From contig JARFRD010000063.1 in assembly GCA_029287435.1 (NCBI GenBank), forward strand, positions 5,431 to 69,430: 64,000 nt of DNA, read 5' to 3'. The notes beneath the pieces were generated by a model. That model ran no database searches. It had not been told where the DNA came from and saw only the letters and a program-made list of their open reading frames with translations. A program made the position numbers and the translations under genes. The stretch comes from Gammaproteobacteria bacterium (GTDB taxonomy: Bacteria > Pseudomonadota > Gammaproteobacteria > SZUA-229). Of the stretch, positions 11,037 to 20,842 are shown in pieces; positions within the stretch are counted from its first letter, which is position 1, and the number at the start of each line of letters is the position of its first letter.

Positions 11037-12427
11037 AAGATCACTATTCACTGGTGATCGTTGGTGCCGGACCGGCTGGGCTGGCTGCAGCGGTGAATGC
11101 AGCACATCATGGGCTTGATGTTGCGTTGCTGGATGAGCAGCCTGCTCCAGGTGGGCAGATTTATAGAGCCATAGAATCTATTCCGGCTGAGCGGTCCAGC
11201 TTACTCGGTGCTGAGTACCAGCGCGGCTCGGAGCTGGTATCAGTGTTGCGTGATTCATCCATTGAATATTATCCAGACACACAGGTTTGGTCATTGAACC
11301 GCAAGCTTGAAATAGGATTGGTGTGCTCGAACACAGCAGCAATGATCACGGCCAATCAGATCCTGCTTGCAAATGGCGCCATGGAGCGCCCCTTACCGTT
11401 TCCGGGCTGGACACTGCCTGGAGTCATGAATGCCGGAGCCGGGCAGATCCTGTTCAAGGCCCATGGCATTGTTCCTGCTGATGGCGTTGTTCTGGCCGGC
11501 TCTGGCCCCCTGTTATTGTTACTGGCATGGCAGTATCTGCACGCCGGTGTGAAGATAAAGGCGATACTTGACCTTACCCCCGTTCACAATCACCTGCGGG
11601 CATTGCCGTATCTGCCCCGTGCCTTGCTGGCTGGCCATTACCTGATGAAGGGAATGGCCTATAAAAAGGAGCTGAAGCGTGCCGGTATCAGCACGTTGCA
11701 TAACATCAGTGAGTTACGGGCCAGTGGCAGGGAACAGCTTGAGTCAATCAGTTTCCGTCAGAACGGCAGGCAACATGTTTTAGAGACAGAATTGCTATTA
11801 ACCCATTTCGGGGTAATTCCACACACTCAGCTGTCGCGGGCTGCCGGATGCAGGCATGACTGGGACAGCAGCCAGCAGTGCTGGCGTCCACAGCTTGACG
11901 AATGGGGCAATAGCAGTATCGATGGCATCCTGATTGCTGGTGATGGCGGTGGAATAGGCGGTGCCCGAACAGCTGAACATGCCGGTCGTCTGGCGGCTTT
12001 GGAGGCTCTTCATCAGCTTGCAAAGATAGACCAGCGGCAACGTGATCGTCTGGGTCGGAAAGACAGGAAATGGATGCGTGAAGATTTACATGTTCGCCCT
12101 TTTCTGGAGGCCTTTTTTCATATACCCGGTAAGCTGCTTAGAGTGCCTGACGATGGAACTATCGTCTGTCGTTGCGAGGAAGTTACTGCCGGCGAGATAC
12201 GCATGGCCGTCGCTAATGGCCATAGCGATAGCAACCAGGTCAAGTTTCAGACCCGCTGCGGAATGGGTCCCTGCCAGGGTCGCCAGTGTGCCGATGTGGT
12301 GGAAAATATCATCGCCGCGACGGGCGGAGACAGCATAGCCCGGGGAGGTCATTATCGGGGTCGACCACCGGTAACACCATTGACACTGGGTCAGCTGGCC
12401 AGTCTCTATCCAGAGGAAAAGGAATGA
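11033..12427 (+). CDS. FAD/NAD(P)-binding oxidoreductase with C-terminal BFD-like Fe-S domain (OoxA/HcnB-like alpha subunit)
   Basis: IVGAGPAGLAAA, GAMERPLPFPGWTLPGV, VCRCEEV, TRCGMGPCQGRQC, RPP; ATGA overlap with upstream gene. Confidence 0.9.
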   Translation: MKDHYSLVIVGAGPAGLAAAVNAAHHGLDVALLDEQPAPGGQIYRAIESIPAERSSLLGAEYQRGSELVSVLRDSSIEYYPDTQVWSLNRKLEIGLVCSNTAAMITANQILLANGAMERPLPFPGWTLPGVMNAGAGQILFKAHGIVPADGVVLAGSGPLLLLLAWQYLHAGVKIKAILDLTPVHNHLRALPYLPRALLAGHYLMKGMAYKKELKRAGISTLHNISELRASGREQLESISFRQNGRQHVLETELLLTHFGVIPHTQLSRAAGCRHDWDSSQQCWRPQLDEWGNSSIDGILIAGDGGGIGGARTAEHAGRLAALEALHQLAKIDQRQRDRLGRKDRKWMREDLHVRPFLEAFFHIPGKLLRVPDDGTIVCRCEEVTAGEIRMAVANGHSDSNQVKFQTRCGMGPCQGRQCADVVENIIAATGGDSIARGGHYRGRPPVTPLTLGQLASLYPEEKE

Positions 12428-13533
12428 AGCCTGATGTTCTGATTATTGGTGGTGGACTGATGGGGTTTTCTGTAGCCCTGCAGCTGGTAAAACGCGGCAC
12501 GCGCTGCAAGGTTCTGGACAAGGACAGTGCGGGACGCCATGCTTCCGGCGTCAATGCAGGTGGCCTGCGACAGCTAAATCGTCATCCGGCTGAAATACCG
12601 ATATCGGTAGCGGCTGCTGATATGTGGCATAACATTGAATCACTGGTTGATTCAGACTGTGATACCCGTTTCCCTGGCCAGATCCGGGTTGCGGAAAATG
12701 CTGAAGACATGCAGCTGCTTGAGGGGCGTGCAGCGATGGTTCGAGGGCTGGGATTTGAACACGAGGAAATTATTGACAGAGACGAATTATACCGGCTGGT
12801 ACCGGCACTGGCGCCACACTGCAAAGGCGCCCTGATATGCCGCAATGACGGCTATGGTCGGCCCTTTCATGCGCTCGATGCCTTTCGCCGCAAGGCACTC
12901 TCACTGGGTGTTGAATATCACGCTTCGGTACGCGCAGACGCAATAGAACACAATGGAAACGAGTGGTGTGTGAGTTCTGAGAAGGGTGAATTTCGTGCAC
13001 CTGTACTGGTGAATTGCGCAGGTGCCTGGGCTGCTCGTGTTGCTGCTGCACTGGGTGAATCGGTTCCGCTGAAACCCGGTGCTCCGATGCTGATGATCAC
13101 CGAACGTCTGCCCCGTTTCATAGAGCCGGTGATAGGAGCGGCGAGCCGTAAGCTGTCATTCAAGCAGATGCAGAATGGCACACTGCTAATTGGTGGTGCT
13201 CACATGGCTGAACTGGATTTTGAACATCAGACAACGGATATGGACTGGGCAAAACTTGCGCTTAGCGCACGCACAGTTATGGCCCTGTTTCCGCAACTGG
13301 AAAATGTACGTATCGTACGCACATGGGCGGGTATAGAAGCCTTTATGCCAGACAATCTGCCCGTTATCGGACGCAGCAGCAGGTCGCCTTATGCCTACCA
13401 TGCCTTTGGCTTCTCAGCGCACGGTTTTCAATTGTCTCCCGTGGTCGGTAAGATTATTTCTCAGTTGATACTTGATGAGCGGACCGAGTTCCCCATTGAG
13501 CCATTCAACATTCAACGGTTTTGTAAAAGGTAA
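12424..13533 (+). CDS. D-amino-acid-oxidase-family FAD subunit (OoxB/HcnC-like beta subunit)
   Basis: Start at ATGA overlap 12424 (MKPDVLIIGGGLMG); ASGVNAGG, VNCAGAW, WAGIE, PVIG, FGFSAHGFQLSP. Confidence 0.88.
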   Translation: MKPDVLIIGGGLMGFSVALQLVKRGTRCKVLDKDSAGRHASGVNAGGLRQLNRHPAEIPISVAAADMWHNIESLVDSDCDTRFPGQIRVAENAEDMQLLEGRAAMVRGLGFEHEEIIDRDELYRLVPALAPHCKGALICRNDGYGRPFHALDAFRRKALSLGVEYHASVRADAIEHNGNEWCVSSEKGEFRAPVLVNCAGAWAARVAAALGESVPLKPGAPMLMITERLPRFIEPVIGAASRKLSFKQMQNGTLLIGGAHMAELDFEHQTTDMDWAKLALSARTVMALFPQLENVRIVRTWAGIEAFMPDNLPVIGRSSRSPYAYHAFGFSAHGFQLSPVVGKIISQLILDERTEFPIEPFNIQRFCKR

Positions 13534-13589
13534 GAAGTTTTACGCAGTTGTTTTATGATTAATCTGATATTTAACACCTGAGCATCATA

Positions 13590-14405
13590 ATGGAAGACGA
13601 GCAACGCAAGGAATTCATCCGCCAGGTCTTTAACACCGTTTGCGAACAATACGGCAAAGGCTCTTTAAGATTCTTTGAGAATGCAGCCAGTCACCTGCCA
13701 GGTTTACTTAATTTGAATGGTGATGAGAATATTCTCGATATTGCTGCTGGCACTGGACTGGCATCCACACTACTAGCCTGTCATCTGCCTGACGGTAAGG
13801 TAACTGGTATTGATCTCTCTGAAGGAATGCTTGAAAAAGCGCGGGCCAGGGCAAATGCTCTAGAACTGACTAATGTCAAATTTCAGCAAATGGATATGAC
13901 ACGCATGGATCTACCGCAAAAGCACTATGATGTAATCAATGCATCCTTTGGGGTTTTCTTCGTTGAAGACATGCAACAGCTCGTTGAAGACGTTTACACG
14001 CGCCTGAAACCCGGTGGCCGCTTCCTTACTACCCATTTTGCAAAAGGCAGTATGGCACCGATGCAGGATCTGATCATGAAACGTTTACAGCAATATGGTG
14101 TTGATGTTCCTGACATCTCCTGGTCACAGCTCGATAGCGAAGCATCCAACTGTGAACTTTACGAAGCTGCAGGTTTTAAGAAAATCACTCATAGACGAAA
14201 CCAGGTTGGTTATTATTTCGACGATGCAAATGGCTGGTGGGATGTAGTGTGGTGGGCCGGCTACCGTGGTTTTGTTAGTCAGATAGCCGAACAACAGGCG
14301 GCGCAATTCAAGCAGGAACATCTGCATGAGGTCAATGAACTGGCCGATGAAAATGGCATCTTCTTCAATGTTGAAGTTATTCACACCATCGGAGAAAAGG
14401 TTTGA
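13590..14405 (+). CDS. class I SAM-dependent methyltransferase (UbiE-like)
   Basis: ILDIAAGTG motif I, GIDLSEGML, LKPGG. Confidence 0.88.
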   Translation: MEDEQRKEFIRQVFNTVCEQYGKGSLRFFENAASHLPGLLNLNGDENILDIAAGTGLASTLLACHLPDGKVTGIDLSEGMLEKARARANALELTNVKFQQMDMTRMDLPQKHYDVINASFGVFFVEDMQQLVEDVYTRLKPGGRFLTTHFAKGSMAPMQDLIMKRLQQYGVDVPDISWSQLDSEASNCELYEAAGFKKITHRRNQVGYYFDDANGWWDVVWWAGYRGFVSQIAEQQAAQFKQEHLHEVNELADENGIFFNVEVIHTIGEKV

Positions 14406-14623
14406 AATAATTGCAACACGGCGGAAGGTATAAAAGATTACGCGCAGTTCTTTTATCTTATATCTAAATTTAGGCTTTTTATCTCTGCATGAAACATGTT
14501 ACATTCGTTCTCGCTACATACTCTGCTGGTTTTTGTCAGAAGTTCGATCCAACTTTCTCCTGTTGATTACCTCGTAAGATTTGTAACATGCTAATTTTTT
14601 AATTTTTTTTTGAGGTATTTATC

Positions 14624-14824
14624 ATGGCAACAGGAACCGTTAAATGGTTTAACGAATCCAAAGGCTTCGGCTTTATCACTCCATCTGATGGCAGTAAGGA
14701 CGTATTTGTACACTTTTCTGCTATCGCCAGTGAAGGCTTCCGTACACTCGCTGAAGGTCAGGACGTGACTTTCGACGTTGAAGAAGGAGCAAAAGGCCCT
14801 ACAGCAGTAAACGTACAGACCTGA
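14624..14824 (+). CDS. cold-shock protein (CspA family)
   Basis: [15 protein letters not shown] (RNP1) and DVFVHFSAI (RNP2); RBS GAGG; long U-rich leader. Confidence 0.97.
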   Translation: MATGTVKWFNESKGFGFITPSDGSKDVFVHFSAIASEGFRTLAEGQDVTFDVEEGAKGPTAVNVQT

Positions 14825-14846
14825 ATAGCCGGTCATACTAAGTATC

Positions 14847-14880
14847 AAAAAGCCTCGCAATAAATAGCGGGGTTTTTTTT
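14847..14880 (+). terminator. Rho-independent terminator after csp gene
   Basis: AAAAAGCCTCGC-loop-GCGGGGTTTTTTTT stem followed by a U tract. Confidence 0.85.
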
Positions 14881-15072
14881 GTCAAAAGTACAAACTTTAG
14901 AGTTACAAATGGCCTGGCTAACAATACTAATGGTATTTGTGCCCGCTTTCTCTGGATTAATGAAAGTCAAGATCTATATGCATCAATGTACCTTTTGTTA
15001 GTTTTTATGATAATTTACACAACAGAATACTTTCATATTTTATAATTTCTAATTAGAAAAAGGAGTTTGGTC

Positions 15073-15582
15073 ATGAGAAGAATCTACTTCCTGTTACCTG
15101 ATGTCGACGTTGCGCGTAAGATTGTTGACGAATTACTGCTTGCGCGAATTGCTGAAAATAATATTCATGTGATTGCGAAAGAAGGTACTGCGATGGCAGA
15201 TCTGCCGGAAGCGTCACTGGCGCAGAAAAGTGATGTAGTCCCGGCGTTCGAGCGTGGTATTGCAGTTGGTGGAGCAACCGGTCTTCTCGCTGGTGTAGCT
15301 GCTGTTACCTTTCCGCCCGCAGGCCTGGTACTAGGAGGGGGTGCACTGCTGGGTATTGCACTCGCCGGCACCGGATTTGGTGCACTTATGTCTACTATGA
15401 TCGGTGTCAGTGCCCCAAACTCTCGCCATGCACAATTTGAGGAAGCCATCAAAGAGGGCGAAATATTAATGTTGGTCGATGTCCCCAAAGCTCGCGTTGA
15501 TGAGATTGAGGAACTGGTCAAGCAACATCATCCTGATGCAGACATTGAGGGTACTGAACCCACAATTCCAGCGTTTCCATAA
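15073..15582 (+). CDS. DUF1269-like membrane protein with glycine-zipper hairpin
   Basis: MRRIYFLLPD, HVIAKEG, Gly/Ala-rich GIAVGGATGLLAGVAAVTFPPAGLVLGGG, AIKEGEILMLVDVP; RBS AGGAG. Confidence 0.7.
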   Translation: MRRIYFLLPDVDVARKIVDELLLARIAENNIHVIAKEGTAMADLPEASLAQKSDVVPAFERGIAVGGATGLLAGVAAVTFPPAGLVLGGGALLGIALAGTGFGALMSTMIGVSAPNSRHAQFEEAIKEGEILMLVDVPKARVDEIEELVKQHHPDADIEGTEPTIPAFP

Positions 15583-15813
15583 ATTTGTGTGTGTTTTCAG
15601 TTGTAAGGACTCGGTGGCAAACTCAGAGTCATAGTTAACTGCCACTGTTTCCTTGCAGGCCTGAATAATTGACAAATATCCGGCTGCGATAAGCAACAAA
15701 TCCTCGACACGATTTGATCTACTGAATCACTGTCATTTGCACACGTCCTGATTCCCTGCCATCTGTGCAAAAAAAACCTGAGGGTCAATAAGAATGTCAT
15801 AGTAGGTGAATTC

Positions 15814-15855
15814 TTGATTTATGTGACCAGTGGTCATATAATGACTGTCGGTCAT
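15814..15855 (+). promoter_or_regulatory. sigma70 promoter overlapped by two palindromic TetR-type operators
   Basis: TTGATT (15814-19), 17 nt, TATAAT (15837-42); palindromes TGACC-AGT-GGTCA (15824-36) and ATGAC-TGTCG-GTCAT (15841-55) directly upstream of the tetR gene. Confidence 0.75.
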
Positions 15856-15868
15856 AGAGTGTTGCACG

Positions 15869-16501
15869 ATGGTAAGTAGTGAACGAAAAATACGCGAATT
15901 TGAACGGCGTGAGCAGGAAATTCTATCAGCTGCGCTGAAGTTGTTTTCAGGTGAAAGATGGGAGTCCGTCACCGTCACCCAGATCGCCAAAGAGGCTGAC
16001 ATAGGCAAGGGTACGGTCTACAAGCACTTTGCTAGCAAGGATGAAATCTATGCCCGGCTGGCACTGGATTTTTTCAACGGTTTGCTGCAACGCTGTCGCC
16101 AGATTCCAACTGGTGATAATCCAGTCGTAAACCTGCGCGATGCTTTTCGTGATGCACTGCACTATCACCTGGAACACCAGCAGTACAGTAATGTCAGACA
16201 GTATGTATTCCGCGCTGGTTTCTGGGAGCGCCTGAGCAAATCCTATGTGGTGGCCTTCGAAAAACTGGATGCGGAATTTGGTGCGTGGGCAAATGAACAC
16301 ATAGAGCGTGGAATGAAAGCGGGCGTATTTCGGATACAAGCGTTGCAAAATGTCAGAATGGGGCTTGATGCGTTATTCAATGGAGCCGTCAACCAGTTAT
16401 GGGGCAATCGTTGCTGGATGAAAGTCGACCCGCAAGTATATATCGAGCAGATTGCCGATTTCGCCATAAATTCACTGAAAGCAGAACAGGTAAATAAATG
16501 A
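15869..16501 (+). CDS. TetR/AcrR family transcriptional regulator
   Basis: N-terminal HTH: ILSAALKLF...VTVTQIAKEADIGKGTVYKHFASKDEI. Confidence 0.93.
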   Translation: MVSSERKIREFERREQEILSAALKLFSGERWESVTVTQIAKEADIGKGTVYKHFASKDEIYARLALDFFNGLLQRCRQIPTGDNPVVNLRDAFRDALHYHLEHQQYSNVRQYVFRAGFWERLSKSYVVAFEKLDAEFGAWANEHIERGMKAGVFRIQALQNVRMGLDALFNGAVNQLWGNRCWMKVDPQVYIEQIADFAINSLKAEQVNK

Positions 16502-17583
16502 AATCATCGCAGGTTATCGCTCTCGGCATCGTCATTGCGCTGGTGCTGTGGATTAGCAGCGGTTATATCATCAATGGAAGTTCCGCCACCCCAGCCACAC
16601 AGGCGCAGCAGGAGCGCGAAATTCTGATGAAAGTACGGGTAAAGACTTTCAATATTGAGAATGTTACCAGCGTGGTTTTTGTACAGGGTCAACTGGAGCC
16701 ATGGCGTACAGTCACCCTGCGCGCAGAAACCGCCGGTACCGTCGACCAGGTGAATGTGGAAATTGGTACCCGCGTTAAGAAAGGTGATGTACTGGTGAAT
16801 ATTTCAATGGATGATCGCGAAGTTAAATTAGCCCGCGCCAGGGCTCAGCTGGCACAAAACAGGGCTGACCTGGAAGCTGCTGAGCGCCTGTTCGGTAAAA
16901 AGATGCAGTCAGAAAATAGCGTCCGTGCCGCCCGCGCGAATGTGGCGGTAGCAGAAGCGGAACTGGCAGCTATCAAACTGGAGATCGAACGAACATCGGT
17001 ACGGGCACCCTTCGACGGTGTTGTGGAAGAGCGATCAGCTGAACTCGGATCGTTGCTTGAACGTGGTGACTCGGTGGTGACCGTTGTCGATGACTCGCGC
17101 CTTAAAGCGACAGCACAGGTTCCGCAACAGAGCATCGGTAGCCTGTCTCTGGGACAGTCAGTAAAAATTTCACTGATTACCGGCGAACAGGTGAATGGGA
17201 CATTGACTTTCATTTCGCGCCTGGCTGATGAAGCTACGCGCAGTTATCGTATCGAAGTTGAAGTACCGAACACAGAGCTGGAACTGGTCAGCGGCTTGAG
17301 TGCTGTGCTGGAGATTCCGACAAGTGAGTCTGAGGGACATTTCCTGTCACCATCGCTGTTGACCCTGCATGATGATGGACGCCTTGGTGTCATGGCTGTC
17401 AATGAATCCAGCCAGGCGGTGTTCTATCCGCTGACGATTATTCGATCTGAAGACGGCGGCGTATGGGTTGCCGGGCTACCACAACAGGTTCGACTTGTTA
17501 CCTTCGGACAGGGTTTCATCCAATCAGGTGAACGGGTCATCCCGGTGGATGAAGCATCGACCATTAATAACTCTGATAGCTGA
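16498..17583 (+). CDS. RND efflux membrane fusion protein
   Basis: N-terminal anchor, lipoyl halves (AETAGTV...GTRVKKGDVL; VRAPFDGVV), coiled hairpin, TRSYRIEV. Confidence 0.92.
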   Translation: MKSSQVIALGIVIALVLWISSGYIINGSSATPATQAQQEREILMKVRVKTFNIENVTSVVFVQGQLEPWRTVTLRAETAGTVDQVNVEIGTRVKKGDVLVNISMDDREVKLARARAQLAQNRADLEAAERLFGKKMQSENSVRAARANVAVAEAELAAIKLEIERTSVRAPFDGVVEERSAELGSLLERGDSVVTVVDDSRLKATAQVPQQSIGSLSLGQSVKISLITGEQVNGTLTFISRLADEATRSYRIEVEVPNTELELVSGLSAVLEIPTSESEGHFLSPSLLTLHDDGRLGVMAVNESSQAVFYPLTIIRSEDGGVWVAGLPQQVRLVTFGQGFIQSGERVIPVDEASTINNSDS

Positions 17584-17594
17584 TACTGGCAATC

Positions 17595-20500
17595 ATGCAT
17601 ACGATTATAGATGCCGCATTCAATCGCAGCCGAGTAGTTCTTCTGATTCTTGCTTTTCTGCTTATTGCGGGGAGTATTTCGTGGATAAATATACCCAAGG
17701 AGTCAGCCCCTGATGTAGCGGTACCAATAGTGTATGTATCACTCAACCATGAGGGTATTTCACCGGATGATGCTGAGCGCCTGCTGGTCAGGCCGATGGA
17801 AAAGGAACTACAGTCAGTTGAAGGGCTGAAAGAAATGAAGTCAACGGCCAGTGAAGGACATGCTTCGCTGATCCTGACATTTTATGCTGGTCATGACATC
17901 AAGAGGGCTCTTGACGATGTCCGCGAGAAAGTCGATACAGCCAAATCTGAATTACCGGCAGATACCGATGAACCGATCGTGCAGGAAGTCAATTTTGCCC
18001 TGTTTCCAATCATCACCGTGGCACTATCCGGGCCAGTCCCGGAACGTGCACTGATACAGATTGCGCGCAATCTCAAGGATCGACTCGAGTCGATTCCCAC
18101 TGTACTGAAAGCGGATATCGGTGGTGATCGAGAACGACTGATGGAGATCATCGTCGACCCGGTGGTACTTGAGACCTACGGCGTCCGTTTCGATCAGGTG
18201 ATTGATCTGATTTATAACAACAATAAGCTGGTGGCTGCCGGTGCGGTTGATACCGGCTCCGGGCGCATGGTGATAAAAGTCCCGGGCGTAGTAGAAGGCC
18301 TCGAGGATGTGACCAGTCTGCCAATCAAGGTCGATGGCGACACGGTCGTCACACTTGGTGATGTTGCACTGGTGCGCAGCACTTTTAAGGACCCGCAGGG
18401 TTTTGCACGTGTTGGTGGGCAACCTTCGCTAACGCTGGAGATATCAAAACGTATTGGCGCTAACATAATTGAGACTATCGACGCTGTACAGGCCATTGTC
18501 GAGGAAGAGCGGGCACGGTGGCCGGACACCATCCGGGTGGCTTATTTACAGGACCAGTCGAAGCAGATCAAGACCATGCTGTCAGACCTGACCAACAACG
18601 TGCTGACTGCCATTATGCTCGTCATGATCATTATCGTTGCAGCACTCGGATTACGCTCTGCCATTCTTGTTGGCATTGCGATACCGGGCGCTTTCCTTAC
18701 CGGTATCCTGGTTATCTCGGCACTGGGTTATACCCTTAACATGGTAGTACTGTTCAGCCTTATCCTTGTTGTCGGAATGCTCGTCGACGGCGCCATTGTT
18801 ATCTCTGAACTGGCAGAGCGCAACCGTGCAGATGGCATGAAGCTGCGTGAATCTTTTATGGCAGCTTCGAAACGTATGTCATGGCCCGTCACAGCATCGA
18901 CGATGACTACGCTGGCGGTGTTCCTGCCATTGCTGTTCTGGCCCGGCATGGTAGGTCAGTTCATGAAATACCTGCCAATCACTGTCATCATCTGTCTCAG
19001 TGCATCACTGGCTATGGCGCTGATATTTATTCCTGTACTTGGTGGCAGCCTGGGTGGGGAGACACGACCGGCCGTGCATTCTCGAGATACCGGAAAAGCA
19101 GGACAGGTCTATCGCACAATACTTGCCAAACTGCTAAAACGCCCTGGCATGGTCCTGGCCGTTGCGGTGGCAGCGCTAATTGGTACCTATATAATTTACG
19201 GAAATTTCGGTCGTGGTGTTGAGTTCTTTCCAAACGTGGAGCCGGAATTTGCTCAGGTGCAGCTGCATGCGCGTGGCGACCTGTCCATTCATGAAAAAGA
19301 TGCCCTGTTGCGTGAAGTAGAAAAACGCATCCTCGACATGCGCGAGCTTAAAACTATCAGTAGTCGTTCCTTTAATAGTGTATCGGGAACTGATCGTGCG
19401 GAGGACGTCGTCGGTGTCATTATGCTCGAGTTCATCGACTGGGAGCAGCGTCGCAAAGCTAACGAGATACTCGAGGAAATGAAGCAGCGAACCAGCGATA
19501 TTGCTGGCGTTATGATCGAGTTTACGAAGGCAGAGCATGGCCCTACTCAGGGCAAGCCAATACAGATACAGGTTGCATCGCGTGACCAGGATCGGCTAAT
19601 GGCAGCCGCTACAAGAATCAAACAGATCATGAACAAGATACCGGGACTCGTCGGCATAGAGGACAGCCTTCCGCAGCCCGGTATAGAGTGGCGCCTGCAG
19701 ATTGATCGTGAACAGGCTGCGCGCTATGGTGCAGATGTGACGACGCTGGGTCAATCTGTGCAAATGCTCACCGGCGGTATCAAGGTGACAGACTATCGTC
19801 CCGATGATACTGATGATGAAGTGGACATACGGGTGCGTTTTCCTGTATCGGAACGCAACCTTGAGCGGCTCAATCACCTGACGATATCGACCAGTCGTGG
19901 TCAGATACCAATCGGCAACTTCGTTACCATTGTGCCAGCGCACAAAACAGGCACTGTCACGCGCGTTGACGGGCAGCGCGTGGTGATCATCAAGTCCGAT
20001 GTCGAGGAAGGACTGCTGGTTGATGATCTGGTGTCCAGCATCAAGGACAGGCTGTTGAAAGAGAACCCGGATCCCTTAATCTCAGTCACCTTCAAGGGAG
20101 AAGATGAAGAACAACGGGAAGCGGCCGTGTTCCTGATGACGGCATTCGGCATTGCTATTTTTCTAATGACTGTGATCCTGGTGACGCAATTCAATAGCCT
20201 GTATCAGGCACTACTGGTACTTTCCGCGATAGTATTTTCAACAGCTGGCGTGTTGATCGGTCTTCTGGTTACATATCAACCATTCGGCATCGTCATGGTC
20301 GGTCTCGGTATCATCGCGCTGGCAGGCATTGTTGTGAACAACAATATTGTATTGATCGATACTTATAATCGTATCCGTCAGGATGAAGGACTGTCACCTG
20401 TGGAAGCCGCACTGGAGACCGGTAGTCTGCGCCTGCGACCAGTTTTCCTGACTGCAATAACGACAGTGTTGGGACTGATGCCAATGGTATTGTCACTGAA

Positions 20501-20738
20501 CATCAACCTGATAGAACGCCATGTTGCCTATGGTGCGCCGTCTACACAATGGTGGACACAGCTGTCGTCGGCGATTGCCGGTGGTCTGACTTTTGCAACG
20601 GTGCTGACACTGGTACTGACACCCTGCATGCTGGTGTTGGGAGAACGAAAGTGGGTAAGCTGGTCTGCCATGTTCAGGTTGTTGCAGGATGCCACGGTAA
20701 AAAAACCGGTGCTTGTGAAACGCAAGTCGGAAGGTTGA
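17595..20738 (+). CDS. RND efflux permease (AcrB/AcrD/AcrF family)
   Basis: 1047 aa, two TM clusters with large periplasmic loops; GMLVDGAIV, GIVVNNNIVLID, RLRPVFLTAITTVLGLMP. Confidence 0.94.
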   Translation: MHTIIDAAFNRSRVVLLILAFLLIAGSISWINIPKESAPDVAVPIVYVSLNHEGISPDDAERLLVRPMEKELQSVEGLKEMKSTASEGHASLILTFYAGHDIKRALDDVREKVDTAKSELPADTDEPIVQEVNFALFPIITVALSGPVPERALIQIARNLKDRLESIPTVLKADIGGDRERLMEIIVDPVVLETYGVRFDQVIDLIYNNNKLVAAGAVDTGSGRMVIKVPGVVEGLEDVTSLPIKVDGDTVVTLGDVALVRSTFKDPQGFARVGGQPSLTLEISKRIGANIIETIDAVQAIVEEERARWPDTIRVAYLQDQSKQIKTMLSDLTNNVLTAIMLVMIIIVAALGLRSAILVGIAIPGAFLTGILVISALGYTLNMVVLFSLILVVGMLVDGAIVISELAERNRADGMKLRESFMAASKRMSWPVTASTMTTLAVFLPLLFWPGMVGQFMKYLPITVIICLSASLAMALIFIPVLGGSLGGETRPAVHSRDTGKAGQVYRTILAKLLKRPGMVLAVAVAALIGTYIIYGNFGRGVEFFPNVEPEFAQVQLHARGDLSIHEKDALLREVEKRILDMRELKTISSRSFNSVSGTDRAEDVVGVIMLEFIDWEQRRKANEILEEMKQRTSDIAGVMIEFTKAEHGPTQGKPIQIQVASRDQDRLMAAATRIKQIMNKIPGLVGIEDSLPQPGIEWRLQIDREQAARYGADVTTLGQSVQMLTGGIKVTDYRPDDTDDEVDIRVRFPVSERNLERLNHLTISTSRGQIPIGNFVTIVPAHKTGTVTRVDGQRVVIIKSDVEEGLLVDDLVSSIKDRLLKENPDPLISVTFKGEDEEQREAAVFLMTAFGIAIFLMTVILVTQFNSLYQALLVLSAIVFSTAGVLIGLLVTYQPFGIVMVGLGIIALAGIVVNNNIVLIDTYNRIRQDEGLSPVEAALETGSLRLRPVFLTAITTVLGLMPMVLSLNINLIERHVAYGAPSTQWWTQLSSAIAGGLTFATVLTLVLTPCMLVLGERKWVSWSAMFRLLQDATVKKPVLVKRKSEG

Positions 20739-20842
20739 ACAAAACAGTTTTGAGTATTACGTGTTTGGTGTTATGTAAAATGTAACAGGTAAAACCTTTA
20801 TGCACTGTGGTAGACTGAAGTTCAACAAGGAGTTGAGCGTTT

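Noticed and set aside
10740..13533. Calling the three-gene set hcnABC (hydrogen cyanide synthase) because order and sizes are similar
   Set aside because: The same architecture is shared by opine and D-hydroxyproline dehydrogenases; the roughly 369-aa beta subunit and the upstream OCD-family gene favour amino-acid-derivative catabolism
15600..15720. c-di-GMP-I riboswitch suggested by GGCAAAC
   Set aside because: The GNRA-capped stem and the downstream GACGCAAAGC-like segment are absent
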